Assembly: GCA_052279835.1 (NCBI GenBank)
Contig: CP181291.1
Coordinates: 2,976,001 to 3,040,000, forward strand
Source of the DNA: Microcoleus sp.
GTDB lineage: Bacteria > Cyanobacteriota > Cyanobacteriia > Cyanobacteriales > Microcoleaceae
Length of the DNA stretch: 64,000 bases
Direction: 5' to 3'
The notes below the pieces were generated by a model. It saw only the letters and a program-made list of their open reading frames with translations, did not search any database and had not been told where the DNA came from. This document shows, in pieces, positions 31,073-42,254 of the stretch (within the stretch, counting starts at the first letter, position 1; every line of letters begins with the position of its first letter). Made by a program: the position numbers and the translations under genes.

Positions 31073-32339
31073 ATGAAAATCATGAATCGCGATCCGGTTT
31101 CCATACCAGCCTTACCTAAGAGTCTTTCTTCACCAGAAACCTGGGGGTTTGGCTTTAGTGGCTTGCTTTTATGGTTAGGGACTGCGCCTGCAATGAATGC
31201 CGCCCTGGGTGCGCAGGCAATCTGGGTTTGGTTTCCGGGAACAATCATTGGTATGATGCTCAACCTGCAAGTTAAGCGGTTAGGGACTTATTTCCCAGAT
31301 GTCGCTGGGGGAACCCCAAACTATACTACCCGCTTGCTCCACCGATTCCCAAACTTGGCTCGCTATGGGGCGATCGGCTACTTGCTCGGCTGGGTATCTG
31401 TTCCACCCATGAATGGGATTATTCTGACCGATTTAATTAAGGTGAATCTGGCTCCACTGGGCATTACTTGTCCAGAAACCCTACTCAGAATCGGGTTTAC
31501 CGTGCTGCCCTTTATCGTTGCTTTTAGTGGAACTCGCACCCTAGGTATTTTGCACTCTTTTTTTATATTTCCGGCGATCGGGTTTCTCCTCACCTTTTGT
31601 CTTCAAGGCATAGCTTGGTTAAGTTTGACTCCCGCTAGCCCAGGGCTACTGCCGGATCTAGGAGTAGGCATTTCTGCGATCGATTGGATGAAATGGTTCT
31701 TTATCGCCGTCTATGCGGTTTATGGTTGCGAGACTGCTTCTTCATTTGTGGCCGATAGCCGCCAACCCCGCGTTACCCTATGGTGCTTGCAGGTAACGAC
31801 TGGATTGATTCCGATCGTCTATCTTGGTGGATCGTGGGTTTTAATGCGGTTAGCCACAGATCCAGGCTTGGGGGATAGCGCCTATCTCCATCTAATGGCA
31901 GATTAAGGTAATTAAGGACTACAATCTCCTCCTACCTCACGCTGAGTGCTACCCTGGACAACTTAACCAGGTGCTGATGAATATTCTGGCAAATGCGATC
32001 GATGCCCTCGAAGAAAGCGGTAGCGGGAAAACCTATGAGCAACTGCAAGCTAATCCGGGGAAGATTAGCATTCGCACATCACAGATCGAGGCTGACTGGC
32101 TAGAAATTGCGATCGCTGACAACGGCGTTGGTATGTCGGAACAGATTCAACAACGCATTTTCGATCCGTTTTTTACTACCAAGCCTGTAGGAAAAGGGAC
32201 TGGTATGGGGATGTCTATCAGTTATCAAATCATCACGGAAAAACATGGTGGTAAGCTCAAGTGTTTTTCTGCGATCGGGAAAGGAACTGAGTTCATCATT
32301 CAGATTCCCATCCGGCAACAAGTTCGTGAAGCTGTATAG
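31073..32339 (+). pseudogene. amino-acid permease (APC)-histidine kinase gene with a large internal deletion
   Basis: The permease frame stops at 31906. From ~31899 another frame reads QIKVIKDY..LPHAECYPGQLNQVLMNILANAID...DNGVG..IFDPFFTTKPVGKGTGMG (HATPase_c), with no HisKA domain. Confidence 0.75.
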
Positions 32340-32651
32340 CCGAATGAGTTCTTCAGTCCTTTTTGAGAGGACTTTCGCTCCATCGGCAGGGGTTTAAACC
32401 CCTGCCGGACTATCGGTTTGATATTAAGTTGACACCAACCCCGATCGAAAATTACGCGCGGGCGATCGCAAACCTGTTTTTTTGGGAATACTCAATTTAT
32501 AACCACTAAAAGCAACAAAAACCCGATTTCTTTGAAGTTGATGCGGAATTTTGCGTTCCGTAAATTAGCTATTTGTCATCGGGCGAGGAAGGTTTATGAG
32601 ATTGTGCGATCGATCGCACACGATATTACCCATTACCAATCCCAATTACTT

Positions 32652-34331
32652 ATGATACTCAACTTGTTCGATCGCATCGGCGATTGGAATCCCCAATTAT
32701 TTCGAGAAATCAAAGGCCGTTTGAAAATTGGCAATATGGCGATCGCCTCTGCCCTTTCCCTAGGCGGTCAATTGCTGCTGTTCATGTATTTTAAAGCCGG
32801 GATACCTGTTGCTCCTCCTCCTGGTGAGTACATTTCCCCAATCAATAACAAATTTTGCACTTCCAAGGTTATTATCAATGCCGATGCCTATTGGACAATG
32901 TGCGTCAGAGATGCCTTGGGAAACTTTGCTATTAACTGGCAATATTGGTGGCTAGAATTGTTCGTCTATCTGAGTATATTTAGCACGATCGTGCTATTAG
33001 TAGCAGGCACTTATATGCTCGTCAGTGACTTAGATAAAGAAGAACGCCGCAGCACTCTCAACTTTATTCGGCTCAGTCCGCAGTCTGCCAAAACCATTTT
33101 TATCGGCAAAATTCTCGGCGTTCCAATTCTACTTTATCTAGCAGCAATTTTTTTGGCAGTACCGCTGCACCTATATAGTGGATTAGCTGCGAAAGTTCCC
33201 TTGCAGGGAATTTTAGGTTTTTATATAGCGATCGTAGCTAGCTGTGGTTTATTTTACAGTGCTGCAATGCTATTTGGATTGACAACAAGTTGGTTGGGAG
33301 GATTTCAACCTTGGTTGGCTAGCGCTACGGTTTTGTTTTTTATTACCCTAGCTTTTAATATGCCCTCACAAAGCGATGTCACTGACTTGATAACATTTTT
33401 GTCACCGGCTGCTGTTTTGAAATTATCAGTCATTCGAGTTAGCGGCCCAATTGTTAAAAACATCTATTATGAGTTGGGCTGGTTAGCTGAAAGTTTCGAT
33501 AAAGTGCATTGGTTTGGCTTACCAGTTGGCACAAAACTAGCGCTTACTACTGCTTTAAATTTCTCGATTTGCGCCGCGGGAACCTATTGGATGTGGCAGG
33601 GATGGCAGCGCCGCTTTCCCAATCCCAGTGCTACAGTTTTGAGCAAGGGACAAAGTTATTTGGCAGTTATCTGCTGTGAGTTAATCATATTAGGATTTGC
33701 ACTCCAATTAACTCCCTACTACTGGTTTACTATCATGTCTTTAATGATGTTAAAATTGCTGATTTTCTTAGCTTTAATTGCAGCTTTAACACCAGAGAGA
33801 CAATCTTTGTACGATTGGGCAAGGTATCGCCAACAACTCGTTCCCAGCGGTCATAAGTTATGGCGGCGCTACCCGCTACTCGATTTGATTTTGAGCGAAA
33901 AAAGTCCGGCAATAGTGGCGATCGCGATTAATTTCATCACTCCATTAATCATTAGCATACCTTGGAGACTGTTTGACAATATTTGGGGTGTAATTTGCAG
34001 CCTGAATCTCATCCTAATTTATGCAACCATCGCCCAACTCTTCCTATTTACAAAAACTAGAAATCGGGAAATTTGGGCGGTAGGTACGATCGGCAGCGCT
34101 ATCTTGTTGCTACCTATAATTTTATGGATGCTTTTGCTGACTCCACAAAAAGCTCCTATTTTATGGTTGTCTTCAATATTTCCTGGCTTTTGGTTTGTCG
34201 CAGCATCAGGAAATACGATTTTGTTTTCTTTACTCAGTCAGTGGACTGTTTTGGTGTTGTTGAATCTGAAATTACGATCGCACCTAAAAATCGCCGGACA
34301 ATCGGATTCTAAAGCATTGTTGAAAGCTTGA
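32652..34331 (+). CDS. multi-pass membrane protein, ABC-2-type permease-like
   Basis: GDWNPQLFREIKGRL and EERRSTLNFIRLSPQS motifs; many TM segments; adjacent to an ABC ATPase. Confidence 0.75.
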   Translation: MILNLFDRIGDWNPQLFREIKGRLKIGNMAIASALSLGGQLLLFMYFKAGIPVAPPPGEYISPINNKFCTSKVIINADAYWTMCVRDALGNFAINWQYWWLELFVYLSIFSTIVLLVAGTYMLVSDLDKEERRSTLNFIRLSPQSAKTIFIGKILGVPILLYLAAIFLAVPLHLYSGLAAKVPLQGILGFYIAIVASCGLFYSAAMLFGLTTSWLGGFQPWLASATVLFFITLAFNMPSQSDVTDLITFLSPAAVLKLSVIRVSGPIVKNIYYELGWLAESFDKVHWFGLPVGTKLALTTALNFSICAAGTYWMWQGWQRRFPNPSATVLSKGQSYLAVICCELIILGFALQLTPYYWFTIMSLMMLKLLIFLALIAALTPERQSLYDWARYRQQLVPSGHKLWRRYPLLDLILSEKSPAIVAIAINFITPLIISIPWRLFDNIWGVICSLNLILIYATIAQLFLFTKTRNREIWAVGTIGSAILLLPIILWMLLLTPQKAPILWLSSIFPGFWFVAASGNTILFSLLSQWTVLVLLNLKLRSHLKIAGQSDSKALLKA

Positions 34332-34460
34332 AACAGAATACCCATATCCCCCCCAGCCAGGGCGGGCACGAGGGCACCGCCCCTACACTTGGGGGGAGTA
34401 GATCTGACTCCTCTTTCTGCCAGAAATCCACCCAATCAAATTTATATCAGCGCTAAAAAT

Positions 34461-35411
34461 ATGGCACAACAACTAGCAATAGAAACTCGCGGGCTGACGA
34501 AACAATTCGATCGCCATATCGCAGTCAATGACATCGATTTGCAAGTAGCAGCAGGGGAAGTATGCGGACTCATCGGTCCCAACGGTGCCGGGAAAACTAC
34601 CTTGCTGCGGATGTTGGCGGCTGCTGAGGAACCGACTACAGGGGAGATTTACATCAATGGGGATAGGTTACAGCGCGATCGATCGCACCCTCTTCTCAAA
34701 CAGCACATTGGCTTTCTTCCCGATGACTTTCCCCTCTACGACGATTTGACAGTTTGGGATTATTTAGATTATTTTGGACGACTCTACAACCTCAAGCAAC
34801 CGCGCCGCCGAGAGCGCATTTACTCGGTTTTAGAACTCGTGCAATTAACTAACAAGCGTAACAGCTTAATTTCTACTCTTTCTAGAGGGATGAAACAGCG
34901 TTTGAGTTTGGGGAGAACTATTATTCACGAACCGCTGTTGCTATTATTAGATGAACCAGTTTCCGGCTTAGATCCGATCGCGCGATCGTACTTCCGCGAA
35001 ATTATCAAAGCTTTGCAAGAAGCCGGCATGACTGTAGTCATATCATCTCACGTCCTCAGCGACCTAGCCGAACTTTGTACCTGGATTGGTATCATGGAAC
35101 TCGGATATCTTGTCGAAAGTGCACCTTTACAAGAGCTTTACAAACGCCTCAGCCGCCAGCAAATTTTCATGTCAGTTTTAGGCAATGTAGAAGCGTTAAT
35201 ATCCAAGTTAAAAAACTTTCCTTGCATAGAAAGTTGGGAAATAGTACCGGAAACTCAGCAGGTGCGCGCTAACTTTTCCGGCACCCGAAAAGATGCAGCA
35301 AATTTATTGCGCAAACTCGTAGCTGCTAACATTCCCTTAACCGAATTCCATTGCACTCAAGAAGATTTAGAAACTATTTTCTTGAAGATGGGACACCAGC
35401 AAGCATCCTAA
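34461..35411 (+). CDS. ABC transporter ATP-binding protein
   Basis: GPNGAGKTT, LSRGMKQR, LLLLDEP; ATG at 34461. Confidence 0.93.
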   Translation: MAQQLAIETRGLTKQFDRHIAVNDIDLQVAAGEVCGLIGPNGAGKTTLLRMLAAAEEPTTGEIYINGDRLQRDRSHPLLKQHIGFLPDDFPLYDDLTVWDYLDYFGRLYNLKQPRRRERIYSVLELVQLTNKRNSLISTLSRGMKQRLSLGRTIIHEPLLLLLDEPVSGLDPIARSYFREIIKALQEAGMTVVISSHVLSDLAELCTWIGIMELGYLVESAPLQELYKRLSRQQIFMSVLGNVEALISKLKNFPCIESWEIVPETQQVRANFSGTRKDAANLLRKLVAANIPLTEFHCTQEDLETIFLKMGHQQAS

Positions 35412-35608
35412 TTTGTTCGTTCTCTTCTTAAAGAAGTGGAAACCACGGCTATTTGTGTTAACAACCAGGTTATACCAATTTTTTATGAGGTCCCGTAGAA
35501 TCCGATCCCCCCTAACCCCCAAGTGGGGAACTAGAAGCACTCAAAGTCCCCCTTCTTAAGGGGGATGCGAGGGGGATCGAAACTTTGATACAAACGAGAG
35601 AGACAGTC

Positions 35609-36812
35609 ATGATACTTAACTTGTTCGATCGCATCGGCAATTGGAATCCCCAATTATTTCGAGAAATCAAAAGCCGTTTGAAAGGGGGAGATATTGCGAT
35701 CGCCTCTGCCCTTTCCCTAGGCGGTCAATTGCTGCTATTCATGTATTACAAGGCGCGGATAGTTGCTCCTCCTTATGGGCTGTACAATTACCCCATCAAT
35801 CGCAATTTTTGCACGGGAACTGCTTACTCTGACTATGAGCAACAGTGCGTCAGAGGTGCCTTGGGCAACTTTGCTATTAACTGGCCGCGGTGGTGGGCAG
35901 AGATATTCACCGATCTGAGTATATGGATCGTGTTAGCTTTATTAGTAGCAGGGACTTATATGCTTGTGGGCGACTTAGACAAAGAGGAACGACGCGGCAC
36001 GCTTAACTTTATTCGCCTCAGTCCCCAGTCTGCTAAAACAATTTTTATCGGCAAAATTTTCGGCGTCCCAATTCTACTTTATCTAGCAGTAATTCTGGCA
36101 GTACCGCTGCATTTGTACAGTGGGTTAGCAGCTCAAATACCGTTGTATAAAATTTTATGTTTTGATACGGCGATCGTAGCTAGCTGTGCTTTGTTTTATA
36201 GTGCTGCAATGGTATTTGGATTGACAACCAGTGGATGGTTTAAACCTTGGTTGGCTAGCACTATAACTTTAGTTGTGTTCTGGATTTCTTTTGGGGGTCT
36301 AACAAAAAGTGCTGGGGATTTAGGAGCATTTTTGTCTGCCATTGGTATTCTAAGACATCTAGTTGTTGGAATTGATTCATTAGGTGCTGATTTAGACAAG
36401 TTGCAATGGTTTTATTTGCCAGTCGGTACAAATATTGCGATCGGCCTTGCTTTGTTTCTCTTAATTTGCGGTATGGGAACCTATTGGATGTGGCAGGGAT
36501 GGCAGCGCCGCTTTCCCAATCCCAGTGCTACAGTTTGGAGCAAGGGACAAAGTTATTTGCTGGTCATCTGCTGTCAGATAATAATTTTAGGATTTGCACT
36601 CCAAGATGGACACTCATTCAACAATTATATCAGCAGTTTACTCATCTTTAATTGGCTGATGTTCTTGGCTTTAGAAGTTATGGAGGCGCTATCCGTTGCT
36701 CGATCTAATTTCGAGTGGAAAAAGTCCGGCAATAGTTGCGATCGCAATTAATTTCATTACTCAAGTCATAATTTTAACACCTTCGATGCTGCTTGACACA
36801 AGATTGTTGTGA
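35609..36812 (+). pseudogene. frameshifted and truncated paralog of the 32652-34331 membrane protein
   Basis: High similarity to the first copy. A ~77-bp deletion at ~36673 shifts the frame; homology (KLWRRYPLLDLI..KSPAIVAIAINF) continues in another frame and then ends. Confidence 0.75.
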
Positions 36813-36880
36813 AGAATGCTTATACAGCAAGCTTTTTAGCCACCTGTATCTTACGTTTAATTAAGTGGACTTACTTATCA

Positions 36881-36945
36881 TAAACCGGGGTTTTTTACGA
36901 AGATAATTTGTCTCAGCACACAAATTCGATAAAAACCCGGTTTCT
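36881..36945. repeat. AAACCGGG...CCCGGTTTCT palindromic repeat family
   Basis: Inverted ends; similar element at 52745-52809. Confidence 0.6.
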
Positions 36946-36977
36946 TTGGCGGATTCGATCAGTCCTATTTAGTTTAA

Positions 36978-38816
36978 CTAATTGAATTGCTGAGCATAAT
37001 AACCCGCATAACGATCGCCTTTTTCGAGCAATTCCTCATGGGTTCCCGACTCCATAACTCTGCCTTTTTCCAAAACTAAGATTCTGTCGGCTTTCCGCAC
37101 AGTTGCCAAACGGTGGGCGATAATAAATACAGTCCTGTCTTGCATCAATCTTTCTAATGCTTCCTGCACCAAAGCTTCCGATTCGGAATCTAAGGCTGAT
37201 GTCGCTTCATCCAGGATCAGAATTCGGGGATTTAGCAACACCGCACGGGCGATCGCAATTCTTTGTTTTTGACCACCAGATAAATTTACACCCCTTTCCC
37301 CAACCCAAGTTTGATAGCCGTCGGGAAAATCACTAATAAATTGATGGGCGTTGGCAATTTGCGCCGCTTTTTCCACATCTTTGAGTTCGTAATAAGAGCG
37401 CCCAAAGGCAATATTTTGAGCAATTGTCCCCGAAAACAAAATAGTTTCCTGCGGTACAATCCCGATTTGCCGCCGCAGCGTATTTAATGTCACATCTTGA
37501 ATATTAATCCCATCAATTAAAATTTGTCCAGCTTGCGGATCGTAAAATCTGGGTAACAAGTTTACCAACGTAGTTTTCCCCGCACCGGATGCGCCCACAA
37601 GGGCAATCATTTCCCCCGGAAGTGCTAGTAAACTCATATTTTGTAAAATGGGAACCCCCCCTTGCCCCCCCTTATTAAGGGGGGGTTGAGGTTGTTTTAC
37701 CCCCAGATCGAGGGGGGATTGAGGTTGTTTTACCGCCAGATCGAGGGGGGATTGAAGGGGGTAGGCAAAATTAATGTTGCGGTATTCGACTTTTCCCGTA
37801 ACATGGGGAAGTTCGATCGCCCCTGGCTTTTCCACTATGGTGGGTACAATTGCTAATAGTTCAAAAATGCGATCGCTAGAAGCCTCTCCCTGTTTGAAAT
37901 CACCGTAATTAGCAGTAGTAATGGCGATCGGATCGATTAACAGCGCTACTCCTGCGATGTAACTAATAAATTCAGTACCTGTGAGATTTCCTTGAGCAAT
38001 TTGCCAACCTCCTAGGAAAAACAACAAAATCACGCTAATTGCTTCGAGAAAGCCCACTACCACGAACTGAAGTGCTTTTACTCGTTCTGATAAATATTTA
38101 GCGCGACGATTTTGTTCCGCTGCTTCTGTAAATCGAGAAATTTCATATTCTTCGGCTACAAAAGCTTTGATTAAACGAATACCGCTGAATACTTCTGTTA
38201 GCAAAGCTGATAAGTCAGAGATCCGATTTTGACTTTCTCGTGAATAACTGAGCAGTTTCTCTCCAAACCAGCTAATTAATAGTGCCATCAACGGTGCAAT
38301 GATTAACGCACCTAAAGTTAATTGCCAGTTGAGATAAATCATATATCCCATTACCACAATTAGCTGTAAAATGCAAGGGATAAACTGATGGAAAAATTTA
38401 TTTATGACTTCGCCAATGCGGTCAATATCTTCAGTGAGGCGATAGGATAAATCTCCCGTTTTTGCAGTTTCAAAATAGCCGAGATTCAGTAATTGCAGGT
38501 GTGCGTAAACTTTTTTGCGGATTTCTAAAGCAATAGTCAAAGCTGCTTTTGCCATCAGCGTATCTTGACCGTACTGGACTGTTCCCCGAATCAGAAATAT
38601 AATGGCACTGAGTGCGGCAATTTGGGCGAATCCTTTTAAATCTCCTTTACCTATAAATTTTGCTGTTTCGCCAACCAGCCACGCTATAATCGGCCAACAG
38701 ACAGTAAATACTAAGGTACAAGCTAATGCTTTACCGATGGTTTGCTTTTGGGGACGGAGGTAGGGTAGGATTTGCCAATAAGTCGATCGCGTTTTCAAGC
38801 TATTCTGCATCTGCAA
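36978..38816 (-). CDS. ABC exporter, fused permease/ATPase (MsbA-like), with an in-frame repeat insertion
   Basis: TM domain plus GASGAGKTT, LSGGQKQRIAIARA and ILDEATSALD. Confidence 0.92.
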   Translation of the reverse strand: MQMQNSLKTRSTYWQILPYLRPQKQTIGKALACTLVFTVCWPIIAWLVGETAKFIGKGDLKGFAQIAALSAIIFLIRGTVQYGQDTLMAKAALTIALEIRKKVYAHLQLLNLGYFETAKTGDLSYRLTEDIDRIGEVINKFFHQFIPCILQLIVVMGYMIYLNWQLTLGALIIAPLMALLISWFGEKLLSYSRESQNRISDLSALLTEVFSGIRLIKAFVAEEYEISRFTEAAEQNRRAKYLSERVKALQFVVVGFLEAISVILLFFLGGWQIAQGNLTGTEFISYIAGVALLIDPIAITTANYGDFKQGEASSDRIFELLAIVPTIVEKPGAIELPHVTGKVEYRNINFAYPLQSPLDLAVKQPQSPLDLGVKQPQPPLNKGGQGGVPILQNMSLLALPGEMIALVGASGAGKTTLVNLLPRFYDPQAGQILIDGINIQDVTLNTLRRQIGIVPQETILFSGTIAQNIAFGRSYYELKDVEKAAQIANAHQFISDFPDGYQTWVGERGVNLSGGQKQRIAIARAVLLNPRILILDEATSALDSESEALVQEALERLMQDRTVFIIAHRLATVRKADRILVLEKGRVMESGTHEELLEKGDRYAGYYAQQFN

Positions 38817-38878
38817 GTGTTGTGTTTAGAAATATCTGAGTCAAAACATGATAGCAGCGATCGGGCAAATATCGAAAA

Positions 38879-39361
38879 TCATTCTTGACCGTCTGCGTGA
38901 GTCGCCAATACCTTCGCCCCCGCCACAACTTCTCCCCGAAAGGTGGCCGACTTTCCTGGTTCAACCGTCACTGGTTGAGTGGTAATGAATCCATTGTCTA
39001 TGGGATTACCTAACTCATCCAAAACCTCATAGTTAACTTTGATATTCTTGACAATTTTACAACCTTGATTGATGATTTGACCGCTTAAAAAATGGCCGTC
39101 ATAATTTACATTAGTGATAGACACTTTGGCGGCAATATTGGAACCGCTAATACAACTTTGGGAAGTTCTCAATGGTGTTTTGTTTTCGCACAATTTGCCT
39201 AAATCTACTGTTTTGCCATCGGTAGTTCTCATATAGCAAAACGGTTCGTCAATTTCGGAATTTTGAGTTAAAAGATTTGCAGTATTTGCTAGCAAAGATT
39301 TAGCTGATATCAACGATGTTAGCAGAATTGGTAAAGTTAGTATGAAGTGTAAAATTTTCAT
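38879..39361 (-). CDS. secreted protein with FxLYD-like Ig-fold C-domain
   Basis: Signal-like N-terminus, PFCYMRTTDGKTVDLGKLC, GQIINQG...VNYEVLDELG...VEPGKSATF. Confidence 0.6.
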   Translation of the reverse strand: MKILHFILTLPILLTSLISAKSLLANTANLLTQNSEIDEPFCYMRTTDGKTVDLGKLCENKTPLRTSQSCISGSNIAAKVSITNVNYDGHFLSGQIINQGCKIVKNIKVNYEVLDELGNPIDNGFITTQPVTVEPGKSATFRGEVVAGAKVLATHADGQE

Positions 39362-39536
39362 TGCTTTTTCCAGAAAGCTTGGGATTAAGAAATTAGGAGA
39401 CGGCAGTGCCGTCTCCGACCTATCATTCCGGTGCAACCGGAATTGATATTATCTCTTAGTCCGCGGAGGCGGACTTTGTTTGTGTAGAAGCGGTTTCAAC
39501 CGCCGATTCATCTTGGACGCGGTTTCAACCGCCGAT

Positions 39537-41210
39537 TCATCTTGCACCGGGAACTCTTCGACTTGGACGACGATTGTTCAAACTACTAGCTGAACGAGTA
39601 TTCAAAGCATTAGCAGAACTTGTCAAACCTAAATCTTGCAAAATTTCCAAAGCTGCTCTTTGTCCAGTTTCGCAACCACCTTCCATATAGCCTTGATTTT
39701 CTAGGGAGGTGTGTTCCCCTGCAAAATATAAATTGCCAACTTTTTCGCCTTCAACGCCGTGCATTTGCGTCCATTGTCCGACTAAGTAGCAAGAATAGGA
39801 ACCTTTAAAATAACGTTCTCCAGACCAAAAAGCTCGCACAGCTTTACCCGATCGCAAATCTTTCACTCCAGGGAAAACTTTTTCAAATTGTTGCAAGAAT
39901 TTTTGGGCTTGCTCTTCAGGAAGGCCACCACCGATCGCCAAACCCTGTTTACCTCCAGTAAAATTAGTAACTAAGGCATTAGGCGTAGGAGTAAAAGGTG
40001 TAGCTTCCCAACTATTTTGGAATCCTAAATCTGTAAACACAGAAGCCGTGGATTTATAAAGTTCCCGCCAAATACGGCTGCGGTAGCCCGTAACTAACTT
40101 AGAATTAGTACCGTAGCCCAATTGCTCGATCGCCCGTCGTTTCGGTTGGGGTAAAGGCACATTGATATTAACATCTCGCAGAGTGCTGAAGGGCAAAGTT
40201 AACAAAACTCGCTCGTAGGTGCGATCGAATGCACTTTGTCCCGATCGCAAACTTACCCGATAACGGCCATCCGGCAAAATATTAATCGCTTCCAAAACAG
40301 TCCCCGCTTCGATGGAACCAGACAATTGACCAGCCAAACCATTGACAATTTGACTGTTGCCGCCCTCAATTTGATAGCGCTCATCGCTGTCACCATACAA
40401 CTGAAAACTATCAGCCTCAGAAGCAATTAAAAACAGCAAATTTAAGGCAGACTGTTCGTCCACATCGAGACCATATTCCGTAGTGTAAGCAATGCGGAGT
40501 AACTGCTTAACAATGACGCTAGCATCTACACTATCTAAATATTCAGCAATGGAAAGATTGTCCACTCTTTCGGCTGTTTCCGTAAAATCTTGATAGTCAA
40601 TGTTATTTCCAATTCCCCGCAAATCAGCCCGAATCTTACTAGCAATAGGTGCAAAATCGGTGATTAATTGTTCCATAGAAAATCGCCGTCCTTGCAAGAA
40701 AAAGGTATCCTTGACCAATCCCGTCTGCGCCTGAGCTAAATCGATCGCTCGCAGGCCCAATTCCGTCGCTAGGGAAATCAAAGTAGTATGGCCACTATCA
40801 ATAAATTCTCCTCCCACATCCGCCGAAATCAAAGTTCCAGCCACCTTGGGAATAGTGCGTATCCGCCCCCCCACGCGGTTAGTTGCCTCGATGATATCGG
40901 CACGCACGCCCCCTTGACGCAAGCGATAGGCCGCCGTCAAACCCGCAATTCCCGCGCCGACAACCAAAATGGGCGATCGACCTTGCTGTTGAGCAAAAGC
41001 CCCCTCTCCCTCCCGCGTCAAAGTCGCAGCAGCCAGCGCCGCCCCCGTCGCCAAACCCCCCCGTAGCAATCCGCGCCGAGATATGGGAAAATTGGAAGTG
41101 CGATCTGTGAGCATCCCCAGCAGTTCATCAGCCGGAATACCCGTTGCCATTGACTTCTGGGCAATTATCGAAGCGCTGCGCAGCATTGCCATCAGTGCAG
41201 ATTTAGCCAT
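39537..41210 (-). CDS. flavin monoamine oxidase family protein with Tat-like leader
   Basis: SRRGLL, VVGAGIAGLTAA, RVGGRI, LYFAGEHTS..QGYMEG. Confidence 0.88.
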   Translation of the reverse strand: MAKSALMAMLRSASIIAQKSMATGIPADELLGMLTDRTSNFPISRRGLLRGGLATGAALAAATLTREGEGAFAQQQGRSPILVVGAGIAGLTAAYRLRQGGVRADIIEATNRVGGRIRTIPKVAGTLISADVGGEFIDSGHTTLISLATELGLRAIDLAQAQTGLVKDTFFLQGRRFSMEQLITDFAPIASKIRADLRGIGNNIDYQDFTETAERVDNLSIAEYLDSVDASVIVKQLLRIAYTTEYGLDVDEQSALNLLFLIASEADSFQLYGDSDERYQIEGGNSQIVNGLAGQLSGSIEAGTVLEAINILPDGRYRVSLRSGQSAFDRTYERVLLTLPFSTLRDVNINVPLPQPKRRAIEQLGYGTNSKLVTGYRSRIWRELYKSTASVFTDLGFQNSWEATPFTPTPNALVTNFTGGKQGLAIGGGLPEEQAQKFLQQFEKVFPGVKDLRSGKAVRAFWSGERYFKGSYSCYLVGQWTQMHGVEGEKVGNLYFAGEHTSLENQGYMEGGCETGQRAALEILQDLGLTSSANALNTRSASSLNNRRPSRRVPGAR

Positions 41211-41307
41211 AACCTAGACACCTTCACAAAAATTTGATATGAACTGGATTATTGATTAAATGTGATTATCCACTTTCCAGGTTAAGTCTACATAGATTGT
41301 TATAAAA

Positions 41308-42207
41308 ATGCTAACCCTCAGAACTCTTTTCGATCGCAAATTTTACCTCGAAAACAACCCCGATGTTGCTGTAGCCGTCGCCAGAGGCACGGTATCGAGT
41401 CCCTTCGATCACTACCAAAAGATTGGCAAATTTGAAAATCGCGACCCCAATCCCCTATTTGATGCCAGCTATTATTTAGAAACAAACACCGATGTAGCCG
41501 TATCAGGAGAAAAAAATAAATTTTCTGGTGCCGATCATTTTATTGCCTACGGTCAATTTGAGCGTCGAAGTCCCAACCCTTTATTTGATGTTAGTTTTTA
41601 CCTAAGCAGTAACCCCGACGTTCAAAGAGTAGTTCAAACTAATCAAGTTACAGCCTTTGAACACTTTCTGAAAATCGGTCAAACAGAAATTCGCAAACCC
41701 AGTCCTTTCTTCGATCCTGAATTTTATTTAGCCAAGTATCCACTGGTAGCAGCAGCAGTGAGAAATGGGGTGGTTAAAAGTGCGATCGAGCACTACATTC
41801 AATTTGGTCAAGCCGAAGGACTTTTGGGTACATTACCAGATGTGGCTGATAATTTAAGTGTTGCTAAAAACCTGGATCTTCTCACAGGAACTAAAAATGT
41901 AAATGATTTTGTAGGTGCTGCTGAACCAACGGATATTTATAGTTTTGTATTGAATACTCCTAGTCTTTTCAGTGCAACTCTGGATGGTTTGAGTGCAGAT
42001 GCCGATCTAGAATTAATTCAGGATATCAACGGTCAAGGCGCAGTGGGATTGAGTGGTATTATTGCTTCGTCTAATAATTTAGGTACGGCTGCGGAACAGA
42101 TTGTGAGTAATGGGGCTTTGCCTGCTGGTACTTATTTTCTGCGCGTTTCTCAATTTGAAGGTGATACAAATTATAACTTGACGTTGACTTCCACTTCTAG
42201 TCAGTAG
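41308..42207 (+). CDS. surface/extracellular protein with FDxxxYLxxNPDV repeats and a C-terminal PPC-like domain
   Basis: Four FD..FYL..NPDV repeats; DIYSF...LDGLSADADLEL...GTYFLRV...TNYNLTL. Confidence 0.7.
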   Translation: MLTLRTLFDRKFYLENNPDVAVAVARGTVSSPFDHYQKIGKFENRDPNPLFDASYYLETNTDVAVSGEKNKFSGADHFIAYGQFERRSPNPLFDVSFYLSSNPDVQRVVQTNQVTAFEHFLKIGQTEIRKPSPFFDPEFYLAKYPLVAAAVRNGVVKSAIEHYIQFGQAEGLLGTLPDVADNLSVAKNLDLLTGTKNVNDFVGAAEPTDIYSFVLNTPSLFSATLDGLSADADLELIQDINGQGAVGLSGIIASSNNLGTAAEQIVSNGALPAGTYFLRVSQFEGDTNYNLTLTSTSSQ

Positions 42208-42254
42208 TTAGTTGTTATTGGTTATTGCAATAACAACTAACCAATAACAACTAA

